Assembly: GCF_009914755.1 (NCBI RefSeq) | Contig: NC_060933.1 | DNA length: 64,000 nt | From: the human T2T-CHM13v2.0 reference genome, Homo sapiens | Reading direction: 5' to 3' (one strand) | Shown here: in pieces, positions 1 to 13,009 of the stretch | How positions within the stretch are numbered: the stretch's first letter is position 1 | Layout: each line of letters begins with the position of its first letter | Notes under the pieces: model-generated | What the model was told of the DNA's origin: nothing | Databases searched by the model: none | Seen by the model: the letters and a program-made list of their open reading frames with translations, nothing else | Translations under genes and position numbers: made by a program

Positions 1-522
1 AATCCATCTGAAACCATAGTCCTCAGCTGACATTACTACTGTTATATTAGAGGTAGTAGTAGTAGTATCAAAAGTACTTTGAGAATTTTAATAAAGCCAA
101 ATATCCTATTTGCTTGCAAATATACTAGTGTAATGGTACTCTTCAGGGAGAAAAATGTTCTAAATGATTTTGAAAGGAGAATCTTTACAAGGTGTTCCCT
201 TGATGTATTAATGGCCTATCAAGTCTTTTTAAATGAATCTTGTAGAACTCAGTCAACATTAGCCATAATAAAAGATGTTTGCAATGCTTATTGTTCAAAT
301 TAAAAGGAAGGAGTAGAAATCACTTTAAGAGCCTCTCTTATCCATTTCCATAATGAAGTATTCCATTTTGGGGAATTGAAAATATCCAGATTTGGAGAAT
401 ATAAAAGAGCCAATGTTTTGAATATCTAAAACACATTGTACCAAGAAATCGGGTTGTATCCTCTTAATAGAAAATGAACTTTTAAATATCAACAAAGGAA
501 TTTTTTAAGTTGTGGTTTATCT

Positions 523-735
523 GAACACAAAAAGGGGAAAATAGACACCACTTGAGAATGGAGGAGGGCGAGAGTCAAAAAACTACCTATTGGGTACTAT
601 GCTCGCTACCTGGGTGATGAAATCATTTGTACATCAAACCCCAGTGACACACAATTTACCCATGTAACAAACCTGCACATATACCCCCAAACCTAAAAGT
701 TGAAAAAGAAAAACTAAATGAATAAAATAAAATGA
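523..735 (+). mobile_element. L1 3' end fragment (L1PB/old L1PA-like)
   Basis: L1 3'UTR motifs (actacctattgggtactatgctc..tacctgggtgatgaaatcatttgtaca..catgtaacaaacctgcacat) followed by an A-rich tail. Confidence 0.8.
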
Positions 736-1610
736 AATTATGGTTTATCCACTTTGTAGAATATTATATAGTTACTAAAAATAGCCCAGAATGCTTTAAA
801 ATAGTTAATATTTTATTGGGAAAAAAAGCAGAATAGAGTTTGTATACAGTATGATTCCAATTTAAAAAATATATATGTATTTTATACTAGCAAATATACC
901 ATGATATTTAATAGTTGTTTGTGCCTGTTGAGACTGGGTGGTTTTTATAAACATTTCTGTATTTTTCTGTATCTTCTCATTTCTCTACAATAAACACATT
1001 TCATGTTTAAGATTTTTTTCAAAAGTCACATGTTTTGCTTTGAATTTAAAAGCAACTATCTGATAAAGTTTTCAACCCTCATGCCCATGTTCCTTGTGAA
1101 AAATAAACCTCAGTCAAATGTCTAGTGAAATTATTTTTAAATATTAGAGGCTTTATTTTAGAAATCGAATGGCTTTATTCTAAAATATATAAATTAGAAA
1201 ATAAAAACTTTAATTATGCCAAATTAATAGAAATGGAGGAATTTAATACAGAAGGCAGAAGATGGACAATCATACTCCTTTCCAACAGTCAAAACATATT
1301 CCAATCACCAAATGAAAGTGTTTGTAAATCAATCTTCATATTTGAGGGTTAAGAAAAATGGCTTTTTTGGTGAATGACTATAAACTGTTTTTAAAGTTTT
1401 ATTTCCAGAGATTCTACACACATCATTTAAAAATTAGATAGATACAAGTAATCAATTGCCTTCCACTTGAGAACCAACAAATGCCACATCTCAGTAATTT
1501 GACAAGACAGGGTACCCAACCAGCACCTCATTTGGAATTCTTCTGGTAAGCTGCCTGGTATGAAGCTGAAATAAAAACCTACCTTTGGGGGATCCTGTCC
1601 TCAAACCTAC

Positions 1611-1636
1611 CTTTTATGGAGCTAACATCCCAGAGG
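1611..1636 (-). CDS. Candidate 26-nt micro-exon (54 nt, to 1583, with the alternative donor) of an unidentified gene
   Basis: Minus strand reads ttgacctgattttcattttcttag|CCTCTGGGATGTTAGCTCCATAAAAG|gtaggt; only the phase-2 frame (LWDVSSIK) is stop-free. Confidence 0.5.
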
Positions 1637-3075
1637 CTAAGAAAATGAAAATCAGGTCAACAGAAGAAGAAAATATGACAAGGAGGTTAAGATTTATTGG
1701 AGAAAGAGATCAATGTTCATAGTCAGCTGCAATTTAGAATTATTATGATGACAGTCATGAGTGTTTGATGTTTAACCTTTATACATTTTTAATTCAAGAG
1801 CCTCTTCCACACTCAGTTTCTCTTTCCCCCTCCTAAGCCCCTTAAATGCTGTCAAAATAAGATTCAAACTTGACTAAATAACTAAGTATTAAACAGTTCT
1901 CAAAGTTGTGGATTAAAACAATCCCAGATGAAAAATAATTTTTTAGATACATTATTGTAGCCAGGACAAAAAAAAAGGAGTTAGATGAAAGCAACTAATT
2001 AAATCTGGAGAACAAATAGGGGGAAAAAAATCTCAGAATAACCAAAATAGATTTTATCACAAATACAAAAATTATAAACAACAATACAACAAAAATATAT
2101 TAGTGAGCACATTTGCTTTAGTTCTATTTACATAGCGTTTTAAACTTTTCTGCTACTAAGTAGAGGAGTGAGATGGATCAAAGTCATTTAAAACATGTTC
2201 AAAGTAAAGAAGATGACTATAAAGTACACACCATTTACAAACCAGCGTATTAACCAATTCTGACCAAAATAAAACTGAAATTGTGACTTTAAATATATGT
2301 TTAAGATTTTTATGTTCAGAAAATTTTAATATTAAAACACTATTTTTTATTGTAACCCACAATGAAAATTAATTTTACTAGTAAAATGCTAAGAAAATTA
2401 ACAACTGCTAAGGCACCAATAGAAAATAATAAATACACATTTTGTTTGCCCCGATTATTTGAAGTGTAAGCTATTTAAAATATTGCAATGTACACTGAAA
2501 ATAATATGCCAGTTATTTTAGCTACATAATGCCTTGATGTTTTTAAGAGACAACTTCAAACTTGGGAGCTAAGGTTAAATTTCATTTTACTCAAAGTACT
2601 GAAATTATTGAATGCTTCAGAATATATTTCTTTCTCTCTAATAGACAATTTATAGGCAATAGTCATAGTACCTTATTTCTGTATTAAAGAAATGTTTTTC
2701 TACTTTGCACTTGAGTCCAATCACCCAAAACACAACCTCTGGGCTCACTACACTATCACATTCTCCACAGAAATCTGCAATGAACACACAATGAGCTTTA
2801 CAAAGAACTTTCCACAGCTCAGACAAGTTTAATACACCTAATCCTCTTTTGTAACTTCCTTCTAAAGTTTGCTAACAAATCTCCACCAAGGATCAAACCA
2901 GCAAGAACACTTTGGTGTCTTGAATTTAAAAGGCTCCTTTGATCTCCCACACAACTTAGCAGCTGCATTTCTGTACACTTAAAAGAAACACGAAACTCAC
3001 CAGATTTGTTTGTTTGTTTTTCATTTGGGCAACCTTCAAACAGATGAACTATAATGACTCCAGCTGTCTCCTCAC

Positions 3076-3300
3076 TTCATTCTGCCAAAACCAGGAGGTG
3101 CGACAGGTGCGGGGAAAGCTCCAGCCAGCCACGTCGCTGTGCAGGATTGAGGGGGAGGGGTCTCACTCCAAGGGCAGTGGGAGAGCCTGGGCAGGGAAGC
3201 CTGCCACAGGTTGCAGTGGTTGGCTTTGGCAGCCCCGTCTTCTAGCTTTGCTTCCAGTAGGTGGTGAGTTTGCAAATGACAGCTAACCCCTGTGCTCCAA
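3076..3300 (-). other. Candidate first exon A, ending ATGAA (5' boundary uncertain)
   Basis: Unique GC/CpG-enriched patch; minus strand GGCAGA-ATG-AA|gtgagg (ATG 3080-3078, A at -3, donor GT 3075-3074). Confidence 0.45.
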
Positions 3301-3496
3301 GGACTGACTCTTAGAGTAAGCGCCAGTGCCTGTGTCAACTGTGGAGCTAAATCAGTGCAAGGGGGAGAAATTAAATTAATAAAGAACCCTCCATCCGGTC
3401 ACACCAACTGCCACCGAAAGCAAAGGAAATCACCTTTTGGTTTCCTCAGGATTTCATTGATTTTCCTAACTGGATAATAATTACCCCAACCCTTAC

Positions 3497-3543
3497 CTTA
3501 TACTGTCTGTGTAGTGCATTGATTATTAATACTTGCAGAAAAT
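3497..3543 (-). other. Candidate first exon B, coding MHYTDSI plus 2 nt
   Basis: Strong donor TAAG|gtaagg (GT 3496-3495); ATG 3519-3517; Inr-like CATTTT at 3544-3539, just downstream of TATAAATAG. Confidence 0.45.
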
Positions 3544-3560
3544 GTTTCCTGACCCAGCTC

Positions 3561-3570
3561 CTATTTATAG
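3561..3570 (-). promoter_or_regulatory. MEF2 consensus site overlapping a TATA-like box
   Basis: CTATTTATAG matches CTA(A/T)4TAG; reads CTATAAATAG on the minus strand. Confidence 0.55.
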
Positions 3571-3990
3571 CCAAAGTCTCCTTTGTTGACAGCGCCTTGC
3601 GGGATCAGGAGGGAATATACCATTTACCCTGCACAGCATGGAGCTTTGCCTCACCAAGGCTCATTACTTGCACTAAAAATGAAATATGATGGTTCATAAT
3701 AATGACAAAACACAATAAAACAGCTGGTGGCTTCATCATTGTTCACTTCACTTGTTTATGCATAAGTAAGTGCACACCGTTAAGGTGAATCAGCTGAACC
3801 CCCAGCATCCTGATGGTGATGAGAAGGTGCTGCCTTCTGACGTAAAAATCTTACCTTGGGAGTGTGCTCAGTTCTCTCCAGAGATGCCAAGAGTTTGCTC
3901 GTTTCCCTCCATTATGTAATGCTCCAGAAATAGGGGAAGGAATCCCATCTAACTCGTCTTTCACATTTCTAAGAAAATAAAATTCCCATC

Positions 3991-4296
3991 TTTTTTTTTT
4001 TTTTTTTTAAACAGAGTTTCACTCTATCTTGCCCAGGCTGGAGTGCAATGACGTGATCTTGGCTCACTGCAGCCTCTGCCTCCCGGGTTCAAGCAAAGTG
4101 ATTGTCCTGCCTCAGCCTCCCGAGTAGCTGGGATTACAGGCACCCACCACCATGCCAGGCTACTTTTTGTATTTTTAGTAGAGACAGGGTTTCACCATGT
4201 TGGCCAGGTTTGTCTTCAACTGCTGACCTCAGGTGATCCGCCCTCCTCGGCCTCCCAAACTGCTGGGATTACAGCCATGAGCCACCGCGCCTGGCC
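3991..4296 (-). mobile_element. Alu (AluSq/Sx-like)
   Basis: Poly-T then full dimeric Alu reverse complement ending gccaccgcgcctggcc. Confidence 0.95.
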
Positions 4297-4559
4297 AGAT
4301 CACCACACAATTTTTCTTAAGCACCTTCTGAACTGATCCTTAGACCTCTTCCTGCCTTCTCAAATCAAAATCCAAGAAGGCTGATTTTAATGAACTATTT
4401 TTAAACTTGGAACGTTGGGAGAACGATGACAAAAAATCAAGAGTAGACCAGATTAAAGCATATGGCAATAATATGCAGTATATTTGGTATGGCTAACAAT
4501 CCTATAGCAATTCATTTCAACATTAGTCAAATGATTGTAGTAGCAAGACCATAAAGAGA

Positions 4560-4700
4560 TCTTTAAAAGGCCCACATTTCACATACCAGGTCACCGAATC
4601 TCCCAAAGGCTGAGGGACTTGCTTGATGCTCCATAGCAAGTCACTGGGACAAAAGGAGTGAACCTATGTCTCCTATGTTCCAGAACTGTGTTCTTCCTAT
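4560..4700 (-). mobile_element. MIR fragment
   Basis: Degenerate reverse-complement MIR core (gagggacttgcttg..atagcaagtcactgg). Confidence 0.45.
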
Positions 4701-4734
4701 GACCTCATGCTTTGTGCTTACTAAATATTATGCT

Positions 4735-5259
4735 TCTTTTATAATAAACTTAGTGGCTTAAAAGATAAGTGGCTTATCTCACAGTTTCCATGGGTCAAGA
4801 GGCCAGGCATGGCCTACCTGGACCCTCTGCTTAGAGTCTCACAAGGCTGCAATCAAGGTATTGGTCAGACAGCATTCCTTTCTGGAACTCAAGGTCTTCT
4901 CCAAACCCCTTGTGGCTGTTGGCAGAATTTAGATCCTTGAGATTGTACGACTGATGTCATTTTTCTTGCTGGCTGTCAGCAGGTAACATTCTCAGTTCCT
5001 AGAGGCCACCCATATATCCTTGCTGTGTGACCCTCTCACTACATGGCAGCTTATTTCCTATAGAACAGAGAATCTCTCTCTCTCTCCAGTCTGCTAAAAA
5101 AAAAGTCATATATCATAATTGAGTCATGGGTGTGACTATCTCTTACCTTTACCATATTCCAATGACTAGAAGCAAGTCAGAATTTTTGCTCGGATTCAAG
5201 GGGATGGGATTATTCAAGTCCATCACTCATTGGAGGTCATCTTAGAATTGTCTACCACA
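4735..5259 (-). mobile_element. MaLR solo LTR (MLT1D/E/F-like)
   Basis: cttagtggcttaaaa..tatctcacagttt..aggctgcaatcaagg; ends ctaccaca (TG on the minus strand). Confidence 0.75.
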
Positions 5260-6099
5260 AATATTATTTAAGAAAACAAAAAACCACAGACATATATGTG
5301 CAATAGTCCTACCACTTCTTAAAAGCCAAAGCTAAAAGACTAGTTGTGTCAATTATTTCTGTTCAGCGGTTGCACCTTATATTTTGGTTCTTTTTCTGTT
5401 TTTGTTTGTTTTCATTGTAGTAGCCTTCTTATTCATGTAGGGCCCTTCTATTCATCCTGGGTTGTTGTTGTTGTTGTTGTTTTTAGTACTCAGGTCAAGA
5501 AAACCTTGGCCATGGTCTAGCTTAAGGATCAGGCTATTTTGCTTGAAACAGAAGGGACAAGTCTTTTTTTGATGCCATGCTGAGGAACCCAAATGCTTTC
5601 AGAAACGGGTAGGATTTAGCCACACAGAGAGGAGAGGGCATCAGAGATGGAAAAAATGGCAAATAAAGGAAAATTTCACTGTGTGACCTGAGCAGCTTTA
5701 TGCCCATCCATGCTCACCCATGGGTGAGTGTTGGGTTTTGGAAGTAGATAAGAAAACACCTGTTTAGCAGCACTTGTGATAAAAACCTGAAATTTGAGAT
5801 CTGGGTTTAGCTTTATGAACTTTGGCAGTCAATGAAGCCTTCTGATTCCCTCTTTCATATACGTAAATAAGGGATTAATAACTTCTCAGGCTGCTGGTGA
5901 GAAGTAGAGGAAGAAGTTAATGGCATCTTAGCTATCACTCAGCATAAAGAAAGTACATTTCACTTTGGGACAAAGTCAGAGTCTGGCTTAGGTAATGTTG
6001 GCCATAGCCACCAGGGTTGGTATATTATTTGATTGAATCAACATGTTTGTGGAGTATGGAAGTTATACATACATAAGGTAGTATCACTTAAATTCATTT

Positions 6100-7450
6100 G
6101 TTGTATTATAAATTACAAAGTTAACACAAGTTTAGTGTAACAAATAAAACAACGCATAACGAAAACAAAGATCTCATCCTGTGCTTGCTATACATTCCCA
6201 CTGCCTAAAGTATGCGACATTAAGTCTAGCATATATTTTTCCATACCCTTGCACATATGTGTGTGCATCAATATATACATATGTATGTAGAAATGTATAG
6301 ACACACATATCGGTGATTCTTTTCTTAATAAAGTTAAAATTATACTGCACAAACCACTCTATAAACTGAAACTTGACAAAACATCATAGGCCATTCACAT
6401 AGGTTTGTACATATAGAGCTAGATTTATCTTTTCCACCTAGTTTGTGTTGAGTGTGTGTATTTGGGGATCGTACATTTGTTTTTTATTCCAGATATTTTT
6501 TACTTGCTTTCCATCCATCAACTTTCCTTTGCCCTCATCCTCATCACCACCACCCCCGCCCCCCTGCCCACGTAACCCATGTTAAAACCTAATATGTATC
6601 TCTCTAGTCACATACACACACCTACACACAGGCACTTCCATGGGAGAGTTGATATTATTTTATAAAAACTGGATCCTATTATACACATTTCTCCAAATCT
6701 TTGCACAGTCAATAGTATTTCATGGAAATCTCTCCCAGCTAAGACTAATAGAGCTCTAATTCATTCCTTTTAATAGATGTATAAGTTTCCATGCTATGAA
6801 TGTGTCATAATTTATTTAACTATCACGAACAATGTGGTAATAACCATCCTTGTATATATTTCCATTTGTAGTTAACTCTTTATTTCTATGGAACATATTT
6901 CTATAAGTGAACTTGCTAGGCCAACAAATATGTGTATTTACTTTTAATTTTAATAGATATTGCCACCTCTCTTTCTAAACATTGTAACAAACTCTATCAT
7001 GGGGACATGAATGTACTCTTTTAGGTGTTTGTCCCATAAGACAGGCCTTTACATTGTGTGTCTGTTTAATTTTGCCAGTCTAATGTCAGTAAATTGACAT
7101 ATCATGTCAGCTTTTCATGTGTTTATTGAACATATATATTTTTTATATTTCTAGTGACTTGTCCTTTTCAAGTTTTAATTGCCCTATGTATGGGTATGTT
7201 TATAAATCCTTTGTCATTTGTATTACCAACACTTTTTCCAAACCCATCACCTGTTTTTTACTTTGTTCATATTACATATTATAATTATTTTTAACTTTTA
7301 ATAAATACATCTCTATTTTTCTTCTATATGTTCTCAGTTTCTAGTCCTGATTATAAAGCTCTCTTCTACCTCTATATATTTTCTAGATTTTCCTGCAATT
7401 TTTTATTTGTGTATTTATTTGCATTTCCATCTTTAATCATGATGCAGAAA
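6100..7450 (-). mobile_element. Old L1M(E/C) fragments
   Basis: T-rich degenerate L1 reverse complement (ctaattcattcctttt, tgtgtcataatttatttaac, ttgctaggcc..tattgcca). Confidence 0.5.
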
Positions 7451-8374
7451 CATATATAGCTTTAAGTTCTAAGCTCATTCTAGCTTCATATTTATAAACT
7501 CATTCCAATTACTAGAGTGAATTCCTAAAGCCATTCAAATATTCAGTGTTGGACTGACTCCTTTTTCCTCCTAACTACTAGCCTTATAGGAATATTACAA
7601 CTCTGATTAAATCTGATATTTTATGCTCATTTTAAAGGTTATCAACATATTCATTCCTAAAACTCTTTCATTAAACTTAGGTAAAATAGTAAAAAGTAAT
7701 TCAAAATATTTTATTGTTTCATTTTATTATGGCATAATTATAATAACCGCTCCCATTTATTCAATGCATAGCAAGATAATTTATTGAGATGTTAAGGTAT
7801 GTTTTGATTTTGCTGCAGCAGGCCTTTGCTTAAACACAAGAGGCATTCCGCAGAAAGTAGAAAGTTGCCAACATCAATCTTCCTTTCTGGTTTTTGTTTC
7901 CAGAGTGTGATCTCCTACAGGAGATTATGTTGGGTTGGCCCAGAGGAGAAGGGAGGGAGTGTTTTTGGGTGGGGTGACAGAGACATGAGAGATATCTGTA
8001 CAGCTGCAGGTTTAGGGAAGATTGGAACTGCTCCCTCCTCCCTGCCTCTCACATAGGAAAGCTGGGCTAGAAATTCTGAGGTTCCCAGCATTGGCCAATG
8101 AAGTCCCAAAGCCCTGCCTAGCCTAGAGGCAGCACAGGGTCATGTAGAATGACCATAGAGAGAAAGACACACATGAACTGATAAATATTTTAGCAATTAA
8201 AGACCTCCATATTCTTTACTCAACTCTAGACAAAGGGAAGGAAATCCATGACTGAGGTTGGAGCTTAAACAACCTAATAGAAGGCAGGCTCCAAAGAGAT
8301 TAATACTGCTTAGAAAACTATAGTGTGGCTTACGTATATGCTTCTATTTCTTGAAGTAAAAGTCATGCCAATTA

Positions 8375-8560
8375 TAAATAATGTGTACCAGGCATTATGC
8401 TAAGTTCCTTATATAGATGAAGTTTTATTTAACACTGATTACAGCCTTATGAGTATGGTACTGTTATTATGTCCTTTTATCTGCATGTTACAGATAAAGA
8501 GAGTTAAATTAGCTCATCCAACATCACATCACTGGTGAGCGGCTGAACCATGATCACTTT
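8375..8560 (-). mobile_element. MIR
   Basis: tgtgtaccaggcatt..ctgttattat..tacagat..acatcacatcactggt. Confidence 0.6.
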
Positions 8561-9292
8561 TAATCATTATTCTATACTGCTTCAAGATGACATAAACAAA
8601 AGCCCTTTGTCTACTATGAAGCTTTATAGAACATAAATGCCATGTAAGTTATTGCTGCAAATGGAATAGGATAATATTTGGGGCTATTAAACTTTCTTCC
8701 TTGCCTGCCCTCACCCACCTGTCTTTTTTGAACTTGTTATCCTTTCCACCAGTAAAGCTGAGCCATGAACAGGAGGCTCAGTTCCCTAGATAAGGAGAGG
8801 GCAGATACCTCCTTTAACAAAGAAGTCATTACTTGGCTTTGAGTTTCAAATAAAATGTTTTTATACCCAGAGGAAAAATAATTCTCCAAAAGCCAAAACA
8901 CTTTTGACTATTCAGAGCTAGGCACTAAGGTGAAAAAGAGTTATATTTTAAATTGAAAAAAAAATTTAAGAAAAACTTAGAAGACTGAGCTCAGAGAGCT
9001 TATAAAATTAAGTCATAAAGTATAGAAGAAAGAGAAGGGTTTAGAAGATGCAAGACCAGGGTTAACATGCTATGTAGGTCACTAAGACAGTTTCCAATAC
9101 CCCATTTCACTGGGTCTTGGCTGTGGGGAGTCTAAAATAATAGGACCCCCAAGGAGGATTAGTGGAATAACAGAGAAAGTCAGTTGGGCCTGGCTTTCCA
9201 GGGAATATCTTGGAAAGAGTGTAAACTGCCTCAAGGGAGCCTGGCCTTCAGCCTGGCAATGTAAAAACATGGTGCTTATGTGATAAAAATAG

Positions 9293-9754
<462 letters not shown>

Positions 9755-10334
9755 TAAATTTGAGATGACTGAGATGCAAAATATAAGGCCCTCAGGATCA
9801 TAGGCATGTCAGGACCCGGACACAATCAGGGATGCCAGCTGATGGCCAGTAACCAGGCAGTACCCGTACAGGATGCCCAGTGGCCAAGCAGGACAAACAG
9901 CACCATAGCCAGGAGCCAAGGGTCAGAAGATGACCGCAGAGCATGCCATTAGATGCTCCCCTTCTAATGGCAAAGGCACTTAAACCACTCCAACTGAGTG
10001 AACTGCCCACTCCCTGCAAAAGAACAGTTTTTCCTTCCCCAAAGAGATTGAGCTAAAATGGAAGAGATGAAGTCATAAACTGGAAATTGCTGAGTGACCA
10101 TGAAAAGACAAGTAAGGGCACCAGAGTCCGCTATACATAAAGTTTCACTTATGCATATTTTAGTCATAACATCAATATGTAGATCTTATTAAACAGGATT
10201 TCCTATTGAAGTACTAGGTCCTGTTTTAGTGTCTGAGGACTATAACCGAAGATATTTTGTCACTGATGGAAGCATCTGCTTCAGACTCATTGGAGTGAAA
10301 GCTGTAGCCTCTCTTTTTTAATCTGATTCCAAAT

Positions 10335-10760
10335 AATGCTTTAAATAGTTATCGAGCGCCTGTGTTTTGGGCTCTGTAGTAGGTACTGAAGATCAAGTGG
10401 CGACATGACAGAAATGAATCCTTCCCTCATGGAGCTTACCTACCAGTGAGGAAGAGAGACATAGAGATGCTTTGTGGCCCAGCATGGGAATTATAATAAT
10501 GAGAGGGCACCAGCAGCTATGGAAGAACACAGAAGGACCACTGAAGCAGTCTTAGAGACAAAGGAAACCTTCCTGGAGTACGTGAGCTCTTGGCTAAACC
10601 CTAAAGGGAAAATCAGCCCTTTGGTAGAGATGGACAGGTGGAGAGAGGAGAAAGACTGCTCTGGCAGTAAGAACAGCAGGTGCAAAGGCTGGGATTGCAC
10701 ATGGAGCTTGCCATGTGTAAGCAGTTGAGAGTTTCAGTTTGGCTGAAGCATTCAGTTTGG
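10335..10760 (-). mobile_element. L2 3' fragment
   Basis: ttatcgagcgcct..ctgtagtaggtactg..cctcatggagcttac, typical L2 3' end in reverse. Confidence 0.6.
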
Positions 10761-11087
10761 CTACTGCATACATACATATATACTCCTCCAGATTTCTCCT
10801 CCTTTCAAACAGCAGCCTTCACAAATGAATCACTAAAATCTGAAAGCACCGCTCTCCAGGATCCACAAATGTTATTTTGAGTTTCTTAGGAAAGATTTCT
10901 CCTATTCTCTTTGCATCCTCCCCACTGCCCAATTCTCATAGCCCAACCTTGAGTTCAGTAATTCTCAGGTAAAAATGCAATGATGGTGGGCAGGAAGTTA
11001 GCTGCCAAGACACTGAAGAATTAACCTCCCTAGGTATTCTCTATATATAAAACCACAGTGGGTAATAATATCAATAAAGCTTAATGT

Positions 11088-11690
<603 letters not shown>

Positions 11691-12054
11691 AGATCTTATG
11701 CAATACATATTAATATACACCAGTCCTGGGGGACTGCTTGCCCTCAAATCCATTGCTTGCTTTTCTCCCACTCTGCTCAGTCTTGTAGGAGGGCTGACTC
11801 TTACAGGCTCCCTTGTCAACTGACTTCCAGCAAGAGAAATTGGACTGTCTACTTTGGCGTAGGGCAAGGTGGGGAGGAAACCAGGTTTTTCTCCCATTTT
11901 CTTTCTGCTCATGTAGCATTTCTGGCAGCAAGTAAGCCTTTCCATGGCGGCTCTAGCCCCTGCCAGACAGCCTACCATGGACCAGCTTCCGTCAGTCACC
12001 TCATTCACTAGGCTCTTTAACATCGTCTCCTCTCATTGTCTTCCAGACTAATGG

Positions 12055-13009
12055 TGTATGGGAGTCAGCCTCGAAGACGGCCTCTAATGATGTGCATAGT
12101 TCTAAATTGTGTCCCCCACAAAAAAAGAAAAAGAAAGTTATACTGAAGTCCTAACCCTCAGTCCTGTGAATGTGACCTTACTTGAAAATAGGGTCTTTTC
12201 AGATGTAGTCAAGATGAGGTCACCAGAGTGGGCCCTAATCCAATATGACGTCCATCCTTATAAAAAGGGGAAATTTGGACACAGAGACAAACGCACTCAC
12301 AGGGAAAGTGCAATGTGAAGATGAAGGCAGAGAACAGGGCAATGCATCTGCGAGCCAAGGAAGGCCAAAAATCACCAGCAAATCACCAGAAGCTCAGAGA
12401 GAGGCATGAAATAGATTTTCCCTCACACCCCAGGGAGGGAGCCAACCCTGCCAACACCCTGATCTTACTTCTAGCCTCCAGAATGGAGACAATAACTTTC
12501 TGTTACACCACCCAGTGAGTGACACTTTGTAACAGCAGCCGTAGCAAGCTAATATTCCCACCTGTGGAATCCAGTCTGTGTGGACTGGACTTAGGGACTG
12601 ACTTATAACAAATAAAAAATGAAGTGAGGGGATATTGCTTCAGATATTAAAATATGAGAATCTGTCTTGAGCGTCTCCCTCACTCTCTTAAACTAGTTGT
12701 TTTGGGAAGCCAATTACCATGACATCAGCCTACCCTGTGGAGAGGCTCACATTGCAAGGGACCAAAGCTTACCAACCATCACCTGAGTGAGCTTGGAAGC
12801 GGATCCCTCGCCCAGTCAAGCACCAGTAGGTGAGGCTGCAGCCCCAGTCAATAGCTTGATTACAACTTCATAAGAAACTTGGAGCCACAGAAACCCACCT
12901 AATCTACACCCAGATTCTTGACCCTCAGAACCTTTGTGAGATAATATTTTGTTGTTTTAAGCCAGTAAGTTTCGGGTCATTTATTACACAGCAATAGATA
13001 ACTAATATA
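12055..13009 (+). mobile_element. MLT1E/F-like LTR, interrupted
   Basis: Starts tgtatgggagtcagcctcgaagacggcctctaatga, resumes ttcccacct at 12555, ends cagcaatagataactaatata. Confidence 0.7.
12091..12554 (+). mobile_element. MLT1B/C-like LTR
   Basis: gaagtcctaaccc..gaatgtgaccttacttgaaaatagggtcttt..gccaaccctgccaacacc..ctaata. Confidence 0.85.

Noticed and set aside
1583-3570. Naming the candidate gene as a known muscle micropeptide gene (MRLN, STRIT1, SLN, SMPX)
   Set aside because: Predicted peptides and exon sequences do not match what I recall of these genes
3855-3912. Third minus-strand coding first exon (donor AAG|gtaaga at 3855)
   Set aside because: The ATG at 3912 hits TGA before the donor; at most a non-coding exon, with no further support
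5713-5728. Perfect 16-bp palindrome ctcacccatgggtgag
   Set aside because: About one is expected by chance in 64 kb
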